A stretch of DNA of 64,000 bases, taken from contig JAGYNT010000001.1 in assembly GCA_018399615.1 (NCBI GenBank), positions 468-64,467 on the forward strand, read 5' to 3'. The position numbers and the translations under genes were made by a program. The notes under the pieces are model-generated. The model did not search any database and was not told the origin of the DNA. It saw nothing but the letters and a program-made list of their open reading frames with translations. Shown here one piece after another: positions 26,843 to 35,324 of this stretch. The stretch comes from Acholeplasmataceae bacterium (GTDB lineage: Bacteria; Bacillota_I; Bacilli_A; Acholeplasmatales; Acholeplasmataceae). Each line of letters opens with the position of its first letter. Position 1 is the stretch's first letter.

Positions 26843-27614
26843 CCTCCTTCGAAACGGATTGATCTCGACGGTCTTGCTGTTCACGTATTTGCCGATTCTC
26901 TCACTCGTCGTATTTTCGTTCAATGAAGGGAAATCGTTGACCAGATGGACCGGATTCAGTCTTCAGTGGTACGTCAAACTGTTTGAAAGCGATGAGATCA
27001 TGAGGTGCCTGGCGACCACGATCATCATCGCCTTGATTTCGACCTTGATCTCGACGGTCATCGGAACGCTTGCCGCGATCGCGTTGAGCAAATCACGGAA
27101 AATCTTGCGTGAACTAACGCTGAGCGCGAACAACATACCCATCGTCAATCCCGAAATCGTCACGGCGATCAGCCTTCTTCGTCCTCTTCGGAACCTTCGC
27201 GATCGAGACGGGGCATGATGACGATGCTCCTCGCCCACATCGCCTTCAGTACGCCTATGTGATGCATAACGGTGTATCCCAAAGTCCGAAATCTCGATCC
27301 CAATCTCGCCGATGCCGCCTACGCACCTCGGTGCGACACCGCTTCAGGCGCTCTTAAAAGTCATCTTGCCACAGATCAAAGTCGCGATCATCGCGGGAGC
27401 GGCCATCGCCTTCACGATGTCCTTCGATGATTTCGTCATCTCGTATTTCGCCGTCAGCGGAAGTGCGATCAAAAATATCTCGATCTATCTGTATACGCTC
27501 AAGCGTGGCGTTGAACCGACCATTAACGCTTTATCGACCATCATCATATTCGTAATCGGGGTCAAGATCATCCACGATTATGTCAAAAGTGGAAAACAAA
27601 TAACGGAGGAATGA
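26820..27614 (+). pseudogene. potC: Spermidine/putrescine ABC transporter permease, indel cluster in the middle of the gene
   Basis: The two halves are track ORFs 26820..27218 and 27312..27614, both in frame 0. The connecting ~150 nt encodes FFVLFGTFAIETG / GMMTMLLAHIAFSTP / YVM / ITVYPKVRNLDPNLADAAY / LGATPLQALLKVILPQIK only when the frame is changed at least 4-5 times. Confidence 0.65.
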
Positions 27615-27617
27615 ACC

Positions 27618-28679
27618 ATGAAAAAAGGATTATTGTTTGCAGTTGTACTCTTGCTCGGCTTCGTGCTGATCGCTTGTTCCGGTAAACCGCGTCTCAAGGT
27701 TTACATGCCCGGAGAATATATCGACATGAGTCTCGTCGATCGCTTCGAGGATCTTCACGATGTCAAGGTCGACATCATCACGTTCGACTCGAACGAGAGT
27801 GCGATCCCGCAGATCGAAGCGAACGCCTATGACGTCATCGTTCCGAGCGACTACGCCATCGAAGAACTCGTGACGAAGGATTTGCTGCTTGAAATCGACT
27901 ATTCGAAGATCACATCCATGGATGTCGAAACGGATCTCGCCGAAGGACTTAAAGGCATTCTCGACCTGCTCAAAGACGCCGATGACGGATTCGACCTGCT
28001 CGCCTATGGCGTCCCCTACTTCTGGGGTAATGTCGGTATTCTCTATGACCGGACCAACGAAGGAATTGAGGACCTGCTCCAGACGGAAGGATGGAATGCG
28101 CTTCGAAGCGATGACCATAATATCATGTTCTATGACTCGTCTCGTGACAGTTTCATGATCGCCTTGAAGGATGCCGGCGCTTCGATGACCGAACCTTCGG
28201 AACCGGAACTCGCCGCCGCGGAAGCATGGCTTCTCGATGCGCTTGGTCCACGTACGCTCTTTCTGACGGATGAAGTACTCGACGACATGCTCGATCCGGC
28301 CCGACACGACATGGCGGTCGTTTATTCGGGTGATGCCGTTTATCTTATGGATGAAAACGAGAATCTCGGGTTCTATGTCCCCCAATCCGGAACCAACGTA
28401 TGGATCGATGCCTTCGTCATTCCCAAAAACGCACCGGATGTCGACCTCGCCTATACATTCATCGATTTCATGATCGATTATGACCAGATGCTCGACAATA
28501 CGATCGAAATCGCTTACACATCACCTCGCATCGACGTCATCGATGCTGTCCTGGATGACGAGATCTATAATGCCGAATCCTATGTCGTCACGGTTGGTGA
28601 TAACGACGAAGTCTTTCGCTACAACACGGAACTCAAACGAGCCATCGAGGAAGCGTGGGCACGCGTTCGCGCATCCTGA
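27618..28679 (+). CDS. potD: Spermidine/putrescine-binding lipoprotein
   Basis: Lipobox MKKGLLFAVVLLLGFVLIACSG and a family-typical core (...VPYFWGNVGILY...). Confidence 0.9.
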   Translation: MKKGLLFAVVLLLGFVLIACSGKPRLKVYMPGEYIDMSLVDRFEDLHDVKVDIITFDSNESAIPQIEANAYDVIVPSDYAIEELVTKDLLLEIDYSKITSMDVETDLAEGLKGILDLLKDADDGFDLLAYGVPYFWGNVGILYDRTNEGIEDLLQTEGWNALRSDDHNIMFYDSSRDSFMIALKDAGASMTEPSEPELAAAEAWLLDALGPRTLFLTDEVLDDMLDPARHDMAVVYSGDAVYLMDENENLGFYVPQSGTNVWIDAFVIPKNAPDVDLAYTFIDFMIDYDQMLDNTIEIAYTSPRIDVIDAVLDDEIYNAESYVVTVGDNDEVFRYNTELKRAIEEAWARVRAS

Positions 28680-28710
28680 ATCAACGGATCTGATTATTGA
28701 AAAGCGATCA

Positions 28711-28867
28711 TCCGGGTGGTAGCTGGCTGCCACGTGGATGTTAGCTCATGCTACCACCTGGGTGTTAGCTCATGCTACCACCTGGGTGTTAGCTCATGCT
28801 ACCACCTGGGTGTTAGCTCATGCTACCACCTGGGTGTTAGTCAGCTACCACCTGTGTGGTAGCTTTT
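28711..28867. repeat. Tandem array of a 24-bp unit (GTTAGCTCATGCTACCACCTGGGT): 4 perfect copies plus degenerate flanking copies
   Basis: Perfect units lie at 28740-28763, 28764-28787, 28788-28811 and 28812-28835. A degenerate copy lies at ~28711-28739 and a partial copy merges into the terminator at 28836-28867. Confidence 0.95.
28843..28867 (+). terminator. Rho-independent terminator formed by the last repeat copy
   Basis: AGCTACCACctgtGTGGTAGCTTTT. Confidence 0.7.
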
Positions 28868-28919
28868 ATTATGCAAGAATCACTTGAATTATGGTAAAAT
28901 AAAGGTCGAGGTAAGAGAG

Positions 28920-29309
28920 ATGAACGAAGACAAGAGAAACATTCGCATTGACCTGATGACAAACCTATACCAGTACGATCTCTATCGAAGCGAGCAGTTG
29001 GCCTTCATACCGCGTTTTGAAAGCGACACGGCTCAGGAAATCTATGAAGAAATGCTTGAAAAGCTTCCGGAAATCGATGGGATCATCACGAAAAACCTGT
29101 ACAACTACCGATTGAACCGACTTGCCTATCTCGATCGGGCGATCATAAGACTCGCCGTATTCGAGATCATGTTTCAGGGTACCGCGAAAGAAATCGCCAT
29201 CAATGAAGCCATTGAACTGACGAAAATCTATAGCGATCTCGACGATATGAAGCAACACAAGTTCACCAATCGTCTTTTGGACAACATATCCAAAAACATG
29301 AAGGGATGA
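28920..29309 (+). CDS. nusB: Transcription antitermination factor NusB
   Basis: MNEDKRNIRIDLMTNLYQYDLY...LDRAIIRLAVFEIMFQ...INEAIELTKIYSD. The preferred start is ATG 28920, rather than the track's TTG start at 28884. Confidence 0.9.
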   Translation: MNEDKRNIRIDLMTNLYQYDLYRSEQLAFIPRFESDTAQEIYEEMLEKLPEIDGIITKNLYNYRLNRLAYLDRAIIRLAVFEIMFQGTAKEIAINEAIELTKIYSDLDDMKQHKFTNRLLDNISKNMKG

Positions 29310-29313
29310 TCGT

Positions 29314-30639
29314 TTGAACTACTTGACCGTATCCGCTTTAACCAAATACATCAAAACGAAACTCGAGACGGACAAACACCTGACGATGATCTATCTCAAA
29401 GGTGAGATATCCAACTTCAAACGCCATAATCGGGGCCATCTTTACTTTCGCATCAAGGATAACGAAGCTTCGATCAATGCGATCATGTTCGCATCCGATG
29501 TTTCTCGTCTGAACTTCGAGCCGAAAGAAGGCGATGATGTTCTGATCACCGGACGGATGAGCGTTTATATGCCGAGCGGCAGTTACAGCATTCAGGTTCG
29601 GACGATGGAGAAAAGCGGGATCGGCGACCTTTACTTGCAGTATGAGAAACTCAAAAAGGAACTCGAACAAAAAGGGTATTTCCAGGATGAACACAAGAAA
29701 CCCATTCCCGGATTTCCCAAGGTGATCGGGGTCGTGACATCGGATACCGGTGCCGTGATCGAGGATATCAAGAACACGGTCAGGCGACGCTACCTCCTGA
29801 GCGAAATTTTACTTTATCCCGCCCAAGTTCAGGGGAAGACGAGCGCACAAAGTATCCGCCAGGCCATCGAGAGAGCCAACCGTGAGGCGATTGCCGATGT
29901 GTTGATTGTCGGTCGCGGGGGCGGATCGATCGAAGACCTCTGGAGTTTCAATGAAGAAGCGACGATCGAAGCGATCTATCACTCGAAGATTCCGATTATA
30001 ACCGCGATCGGTCATGAGACCGATTTCACGATTTCCGATTTCGTCGCGGACTTGCGGGCACCGACACCGACGGCGGCAGCGGAACTCGCCACGCCGAATA
30101 CCGATGATCTGGTCAAACGGATCAAAGAGAGTCTAACCCAGATCGACTACCGCGTCAGACGCGTGATTTCAACCAAAGAAACCGAACTGGTCTATCTCGA
30201 CCAACGGCTCGACCAGTTGAGCCCGAGCGTGCGGATCGAACGACTCGAGGAAACATTCGAAAGACTTCAAGGCGAACTCAGACGTAACTATGCGGCTTTG
30301 CTTCACGATCAACAACAGCGTATGATCCATCTGCGGTCGATGTTGCGTCCGCCGACAGAGCGGGTCGAACGCTCAAAAAGCGATCTTAAGGCGATCAACC
30401 AACGCGCGGATGAACGCATCCAACAGATCTTTTCTGCGAAGTCCCATCGTTTCGAAGTCCTCAAAACCCGACTCGAGAGTCTGAATCCGTTGATGCTGAT
30501 GGACAAGGGGTTCGCCGTCATCTCAAAGGAAGAGCGTGTACTCACATCGATCGAATCGGTCGATGTCGGTGACCCGATTTCCATACGCTTCAAGGATGGT
30601 ATCGCTTCAGCGGAAATAACAGGAAAGAAGGAATCGTAA
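29314..30639 (+). CDS. xseA: Exodeoxyribonuclease VII large subunit
   Basis: 441 aa with an OB fold followed by the catalytic domain (...VIGVVTSDTGAVIEDI...IVGRGGGSIEDLWSFNEE...). TTG start with RBS. Confidence 0.9.
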   Translation: MNYLTVSALTKYIKTKLETDKHLTMIYLKGEISNFKRHNRGHLYFRIKDNEASINAIMFASDVSRLNFEPKEGDDVLITGRMSVYMPSGSYSIQVRTMEKSGIGDLYLQYEKLKKELEQKGYFQDEHKKPIPGFPKVIGVVTSDTGAVIEDIKNTVRRRYLLSEILLYPAQVQGKTSAQSIRQAIERANREAIADVLIVGRGGGSIEDLWSFNEEATIEAIYHSKIPIITAIGHETDFTISDFVADLRAPTPTAAAELATPNTDDLVKRIKESLTQIDYRVRRVISTKETELVYLDQRLDQLSPSVRIERLEETFERLQGELRRNYAALLHDQQQRMIHLRSMLRPPTERVERSKSDLKAINQRADERIQQIFSAKSHRFEVLKTRLESLNPLMLMDKGFAVISKEERVLTSIESVDVGDPISIRFKDGIASAEITGKKES

Positions 30640-30837
30640 ATGGAAGAAAAAACATTCGAACAATTGCTAAAAGACTTGGAACAACTCGTCAAAGATCTCG
30701 AAAACAAGGACATTGCCCTTGATGAAGCCATCAAGAAATATCAGAAAGGCCTCGAACTCTCGAAATCGTGTTACCGCATGCTCAAAGATGCCGAAGAACT
30801 CATCGTCAAGGAAAGCAAGGAAAATGGATCTCTTTGA
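30640..30837 (+). CDS. xseB: Exodeoxyribonuclease VII small subunit
   Basis: 65 aa: MEEKTFEQLLKDLEQLVKDLENKDIALDEAIKKYQKGLELSKSCYRML... Confidence 0.9.
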   Translation: MEEKTFEQLLKDLEQLVKDLENKDIALDEAIKKYQKGLELSKSCYRMLKDAEELIVKESKENGSL

Positions 30838-32650
30838 GATCAGGGATCCGCAGTTTTTAAAGGACATGTCGCTCAAGGAACTGAACGAGTTGGCGCAAAC
30901 GATTCGTCTCTTTCTTTTGGATGCCATTCCCAAAACAGGCGGACACCTCAGTTCGAATCTCGGGACGATCGAGCTCGTGATCGCTTTGCACTATGTCTTC
31001 GACAGTCCGACCGACGCGATTCTCTTCGATGTCGGACACCAGGCATATACCCACAAGATTCTGACCGGAAGGGCCAAGGATTTCCAAACGCTCAGACAGA
31101 CCGACGGTCTGTCCGGTTATACGAATTACGACGAATCGGAACATGACCAGTGGGAGAGCGGACACGCAGGAACGTCGCTTTCGGCGCTCATTGGAACGCT
31201 TCTTTCCAAACGCATGAAAAAGGAAGACGGTGAGGTGATCGCCGTCATCGGTGATGCCTCGATCACCAACGGCATGGCTTTTGAAGCGCTCAACCTACTG
31301 GGAAGCCGGGAAGACATGCGTGGGATCATCGTTTTGAACGACAACGACATGAGCATATCGAAGAGTGTGAGTTCTTTTTCGCGTGCGCTCACCCGTTTTC
31401 GCAGTATGCGAATCGTTTTTACGATGAAACGGTTCTGGCAAGGAATCCTTCCTCGTTTTTTGATCGATTTTCTCAGTCGGGTCAAACGGGGTATTCGCGG
31501 TTTTCTGCAACGAAAGAACATCTTTGAAGACCTGGGATACATGTATATCGGTCCGGTTGACGGACACGACATCAAAAGTCTGATCTACAACTTCGAACGG
31601 ATCAGGCGTATCGATCAATCCGTTGTCATACACGCGATCACCGATAAAGGAAAAGGGCACCCCGAAGCCGAGGCGGATCGCATCGGCACGTATCATGGCA
31701 TTTCTAAATCGTCGCATCACCGAACGGATGGCATCAGTTGGAGTGAAGCGATCGCACGGATCATGGTCGATCTGCAAAAAGAGATCAAAACATTCGTCAT
31801 CATGCCGGCGATGGAAGTCGGTACGAAGTTCGAACTGTTCGCCAAGCGTTACAGCGATCGCTACATCGATGTCGGGATCGCGGAAGAAATGGCGGCGACC
31901 ATGGCAGGCGCGATGGCGCATCGCGACATCCCGGTCTTTCTGTCGCTCTATTCGACGTTCGCCCAACGCGCATTTGATCAGATTCTAAACGATATCTGTC
32001 GCAGCAACCATCACGTCGTCATCGGCATCGATCGCGCGGGAATCGTCGGCGAGGACGGTTCGACGCACCAGGGGCTTTTCGACGTATCGATGTTCTATCT
32101 GATGCCCAATACCGTCATCGTCATGCCCTATGACCAGAGGGAAGCCGCATCCCTTCTGCACTACGGATTTCTGAAACAGAAAAATCCTTTCGTTATCCGG
32201 TATCCGCGCGGACTCGTATCCATGGAGTCAAAGATTGACTTTGATCCGATCGAACCCGGATGGGACATGCTCACGAAGGGTGATGCCGTCACCATGATCG
32301 GCTATGGACCGAGTCTCGATTTGCTCATGCGGGTCAAAGAAGAGTTTTCGATCGACGGATCCGTTGTCAATGCCCGTTTCATCAAACCGATCGATCAGGA
32401 CATGATGCATGCGATCTGTCGAAGCGATCAGCCGATCTTCGTCTATGAGGAAGCGGCGAACACCGGTTCACTCTACCCGCAAATTCTCTCGTTCATGGCG
32501 AAACACGGATATACGAACAGAATCGCCGAACGTTCGATCACCGATCGGGTCGTCCGTCACGGTCGCTATGAGGATATTTTGTCCGAATTGAAGATGGATG
32601 CCGAGTCGATCGCTCGGTTTTTAAGGGAGTTCATTCATGAGACTCGATGA
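30824..32650 (+). CDS. dxs: 1-deoxy-D-xylulose-5-phosphate synthase
   Basis: MDLFEIRDPQFLKDMSLKELNELAQTIR...GGHLSSNLGTIELVIALHYVFDSP...GDASITNGMAFEALN. The start is internal to track ORF 30713 and overlaps xseB by 14 nt. Confidence 0.9.
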   Translation: MDLFEIRDPQFLKDMSLKELNELAQTIRLFLLDAIPKTGGHLSSNLGTIELVIALHYVFDSPTDAILFDVGHQAYTHKILTGRAKDFQTLRQTDGLSGYTNYDESEHDQWESGHAGTSLSALIGTLLSKRMKKEDGEVIAVIGDASITNGMAFEALNLLGSREDMRGIIVLNDNDMSISKSVSSFSRALTRFRSMRIVFTMKRFWQGILPRFLIDFLSRVKRGIRGFLQRKNIFEDLGYMYIGPVDGHDIKSLIYNFERIRRIDQSVVIHAITDKGKGHPEAEADRIGTYHGISKSSHHRTDGISWSEAIARIMVDLQKEIKTFVIMPAMEVGTKFELFAKRYSDRYIDVGIAEEMAATMAGAMAHRDIPVFLSLYSTFAQRAFDQILNDICRSNHHVVIGIDRAGIVGEDGSTHQGLFDVSMFYLMPNTVIVMPYDQREAASLLHYGFLKQKNPFVIRYPRGLVSMESKIDFDPIEPGWDMLTKGDAVTMIGYGPSLDLLMRVKEEFSIDGSVVNARFIKPIDQDMMHAICRSDQPIFVYEEAANTGSLYPQILSFMAKHGYTNRIAERSITDRVVRHGRYEDILSELKMDAESIARFLREFIHETR

Positions 32651-33383
32651 ATATCTGGTCGAGCACGAACACGTGCGTTCAAGGTCGAAGGCGAAAGACT
32701 TGATCGAACGAGGCCTCGTCACAGTCGATGGAAAGATCGCAAGCAAAGCCGGAACGAAAGTTTTCGAGCAGGTGATAAAAATCAATGACGAAAACGAGTT
32801 CGTCAGTCGATCCGGTCAGAAATTATTGCATGTTCTCCTTGATTACAGGATCGATCTGTGCGACAACATAGTCATCGATGTCGGTTCTTCGACCGGCGGC
32901 TTCACCGATTGTGCCCTCAGGCACGGAGCCAAACGCGTATACGCCTATGATGTCGGCAAGGATCAGATGGATGCGGTATTGAAAACCAATCCGAAGGTCG
33001 TTTTGAACGAAGAGACGAACATTCTCGATGTCGTTCTTCCCGATGCCGATTATATTCTGATCGACGTATCCTTCACATCCGTCAAGCCGATTCTTGATCA
33101 CATGCACACGCATCCCGCCTCGGTCATCGCTCTTCTCAAACCGCAGTTCGAAGCCGGTCGGATCAAGTTCAAGGGCGGCGTGCTGAAAGACTTGAAAATG
33201 CACCGGCGAATCGTCAGGGAAATCTGTCGGTACGCCCTGGATCTCGGTTACCGGATCACCGGTTTGGCCAAAGCGAAAATCAAAGGGAAATCGGGGAATC
33301 AGGAATATGTTCTCTTACTCGACAAGTGTCCTGTGAAAGAACCTTTCGATATCGAACAACGCATAGGAGAGGTCGTATGTTAA
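32637..33383 (+). CDS. tlyA: TlyA-family rRNA 2'-O-methyltransferase (S4 + FtsJ domains)
   Basis: MRLDEYLVEHEHVRSRSKAKDLIERGLVTVDGK...VIDVGSSTGGFTDCAL. Confidence 0.85.
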   Translation: MRLDEYLVEHEHVRSRSKAKDLIERGLVTVDGKIASKAGTKVFEQVIKINDENEFVSRSGQKLLHVLLDYRIDLCDNIVIDVGSSTGGFTDCALRHGAKRVYAYDVGKDQMDAVLKTNPKVVLNEETNILDVVLPDADYILIDVSFTSVKPILDHMHTHPASVIALLKPQFEAGRIKFKGGVLKDLKMHRRIVREICRYALDLGYRITGLAKAKIKGKSGNQEYVLLLDKCPVKEPFDIEQRIGEVVC

Positions 33384-35014
33384 AACGTCTGAAAGTCAGC
33401 AATTTCGCCTTGATCGATGATCTTGAAATGACCTTTGAACAGGGTCTTAGTGCATTGACAGGAGAAACGGGTACCGGCAAGTCCATCATTTTGGAGTCCT
33501 TGCAGCTTCTTTTCGGCAAGCGCTCCGATCAGACGATGATTCGTCATGGCGCTTCCAAGGCCGTCGTTTCCGGTACGTTCATGTTGAACGAAACGGTGAA
33601 GAAAACGTTTGACCTGCCAAAAACAATCACGATCGAGCGAAGTATCGATGAGAGTGGAAGACACCAGATTCGACTCGAGGATGACGTGACGACGCTTGCC
33701 CGGATCAAGACGATCATGCGCTCGGTCGGCAGCATCCACAATCAGAACGACACGATGACGCTCTATGATCGTTCGTTCTATCTGACGTTCATCGACCAGG
33801 TCGATGACGACAAGGTCGAAAAAATGCTTAACACGTATCTCATGAGTCGTTCGAAGTATCTCGACAGGAAAAAGCATTTTGAAGACTTGAAACGAAAAAA
33901 GAATCAGTCTCTCGAAAAAAAGGAGTTCATGGAGTATCAACTCAACGAACTCAAGTCCTTGAATCTGGTCGAAGATGAAAAACAGGATCTCGAGGACAAA
34001 ATCGCCAAACTCAAAAATTTCGACAAGATTCAGACGAATCTCCGTTTCGCTTACGAAGCACTTGAAAGCGAGACATCCCTTGATCCGATTCACGAAGCGG
34101 GAAAAACGCTCGGAAAGATCGCGGAGTTGGACGACGACTACAAGGAGATGGCCGATCGTCTCATTTCCGCCTATTATGAACTCGATGACGTCCGATCACG
34201 AATCTATCGGAATCTCGATGAACTCGATTTTGATGAGGACGACTTCAATCTCATGCAAGAGAGAAGTTATGAGCTTCAGAAGATCGAGACGAAATACGAC
34301 AAGTCGATCAGGGAACTGATCGATTACATGCATCAGATCGAAGAGGAACTCTCACTGATCACGGATTACGACGGGTATCTCAAAAAATATGAGGAAGACG
34401 TTGAAAAAGCATACGACCTCGCCCATGATCACGGTTTGAAACTGAGGAAACTCAGGGAGCGTCTGGCCAAGGAACTCGAAAAGGAAGTACTCGAAGAACT
34501 CGTTGATCTCGACCTTGCCGATGCCCGTTTCGACATCGTGTTCGACCCGGAAGACGGTCAACTGCACGAGCATGGTCTCGACAGCGTCGAATTTTACATA
34601 TCACTGAACGAAGGCGAACCGGTTCGCCCGTTTTCCCGTGTCGCCAGCGGTGGTGAACGGGCCCGTTTCATGTTCGCGATGAAAAGCATATACGCGAAGA
34701 AAAACGGTCTTTCCCTGCTGATTCTCGATGAAATCGATATCGGAATCAGTGGAAAGACCGCGGCGAAAGTCGCTCAGAAGATGAGTGACCTGTCGAAATC
34801 GATGCAACTCATCGTCATTACGCACCTGCCCCAAGTCGCGGCCCGTGCCGACCATCACTACGGGATCGTCAAACTCAAGGAAGCGAACCGGATGGTCACA
34901 CGGATCAACGAGTTGTCCGAAGATGAACGGGTTGAGATGATCGCGCTCATGCTATCGGATGAAAAGTTGTCGCATTTCGCGATCGAACAAGCGCGGATGC
35001 TCCTCAAAAAATAA
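33377..35014 (+). CDS. recN: DNA repair protein RecN
   Basis: MLKRLKVSNFALIDDLEMTFEQGLSALTGETGTGKSIILESL..., a coiled-coil middle, and C-terminal ASGGERARFMFAMK...LILDEIDIGISG. Confidence 0.9.
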   Translation: MLKRLKVSNFALIDDLEMTFEQGLSALTGETGTGKSIILESLQLLFGKRSDQTMIRHGASKAVVSGTFMLNETVKKTFDLPKTITIERSIDESGRHQIRLEDDVTTLARIKTIMRSVGSIHNQNDTMTLYDRSFYLTFIDQVDDDKVEKMLNTYLMSRSKYLDRKKHFEDLKRKKNQSLEKKEFMEYQLNELKSLNLVEDEKQDLEDKIAKLKNFDKIQTNLRFAYEALESETSLDPIHEAGKTLGKIAELDDDYKEMADRLISAYYELDDVRSRIYRNLDELDFDEDDFNLMQERSYELQKIETKYDKSIRELIDYMHQIEEELSLITDYDGYLKKYEEDVEKAYDLAHDHGLKLRKLRERLAKELEKEVLEELVDLDLADARFDIVFDPEDGQLHEHGLDSVEFYISLNEGEPVRPFSRVASGGERARFMFAMKSIYAKKNGLSLLILDEIDIGISGKTAAKVAQKMSDLSKSMQLIVITHLPQVAARADHHYGIVKLKEANRMVTRINELSEDERVEMIALMLSDEKLSHFAIEQARMLLKK

Positions 35015-35035
35015 AAAAAGCTTTCGCTTTTCTTA

Positions 35036-35263
35036 TTATGCGCTGCCTTCGATCAGCGCGAGTATGAACGAGAGTACGACGAGTCCGACCATTCCGAAGA
35101 AGATGACCCAGACAAGAATCTTGCCCCACCAGGTTTCGGTCGGTGTCTTATAAGGTTTCTTCAGGACAATCTCATCCGCTTTTTTGGCGCGTCTCTCCTG
35201 ATTATACTTCTTTCTTGAAGCGGATTGTTCCTTTTTTGTTTTTCCGTTCGTGTTTTCTGCCAT
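35036..35263 (-). CDS. Small basic single-pass membrane protein
   Basis: 75 aa with a Lys/Arg-rich N-terminus followed by WWGKILVWVIFFGMVGLVVLSFILALI. Confidence 0.5.
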   Translation of the reverse strand: MAENTNGKTKKEQSASRKKYNQERRAKKADEIVLKKPYKTPTETWWGKILVWVIFFGMVGLVVLSFILALIEGSA

Positions 35264-35324
35264 GGTTTCACCTCATTTTTCGTTACCATTATACAATAAA
35301 AGTGTGCCGAAAGGAAGTGATTTA

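Noticed and set aside
28714-28730. GGGTGGTAGC resembling the T-box core (GGGTGGTACC)
   Set aside because: No specifier-loop or stem I architecture is visible. The downstream gene is nusB rather than an aminoacyl-tRNA or amino-acid gene. The match is explained by the repeat/terminator arms.
28740-28835. The 24-bp repeat array as a CRISPR array
   Set aside because: The units are directly adjacent with no spacers, and no cas genes are present. It is a simple tandem repeat.
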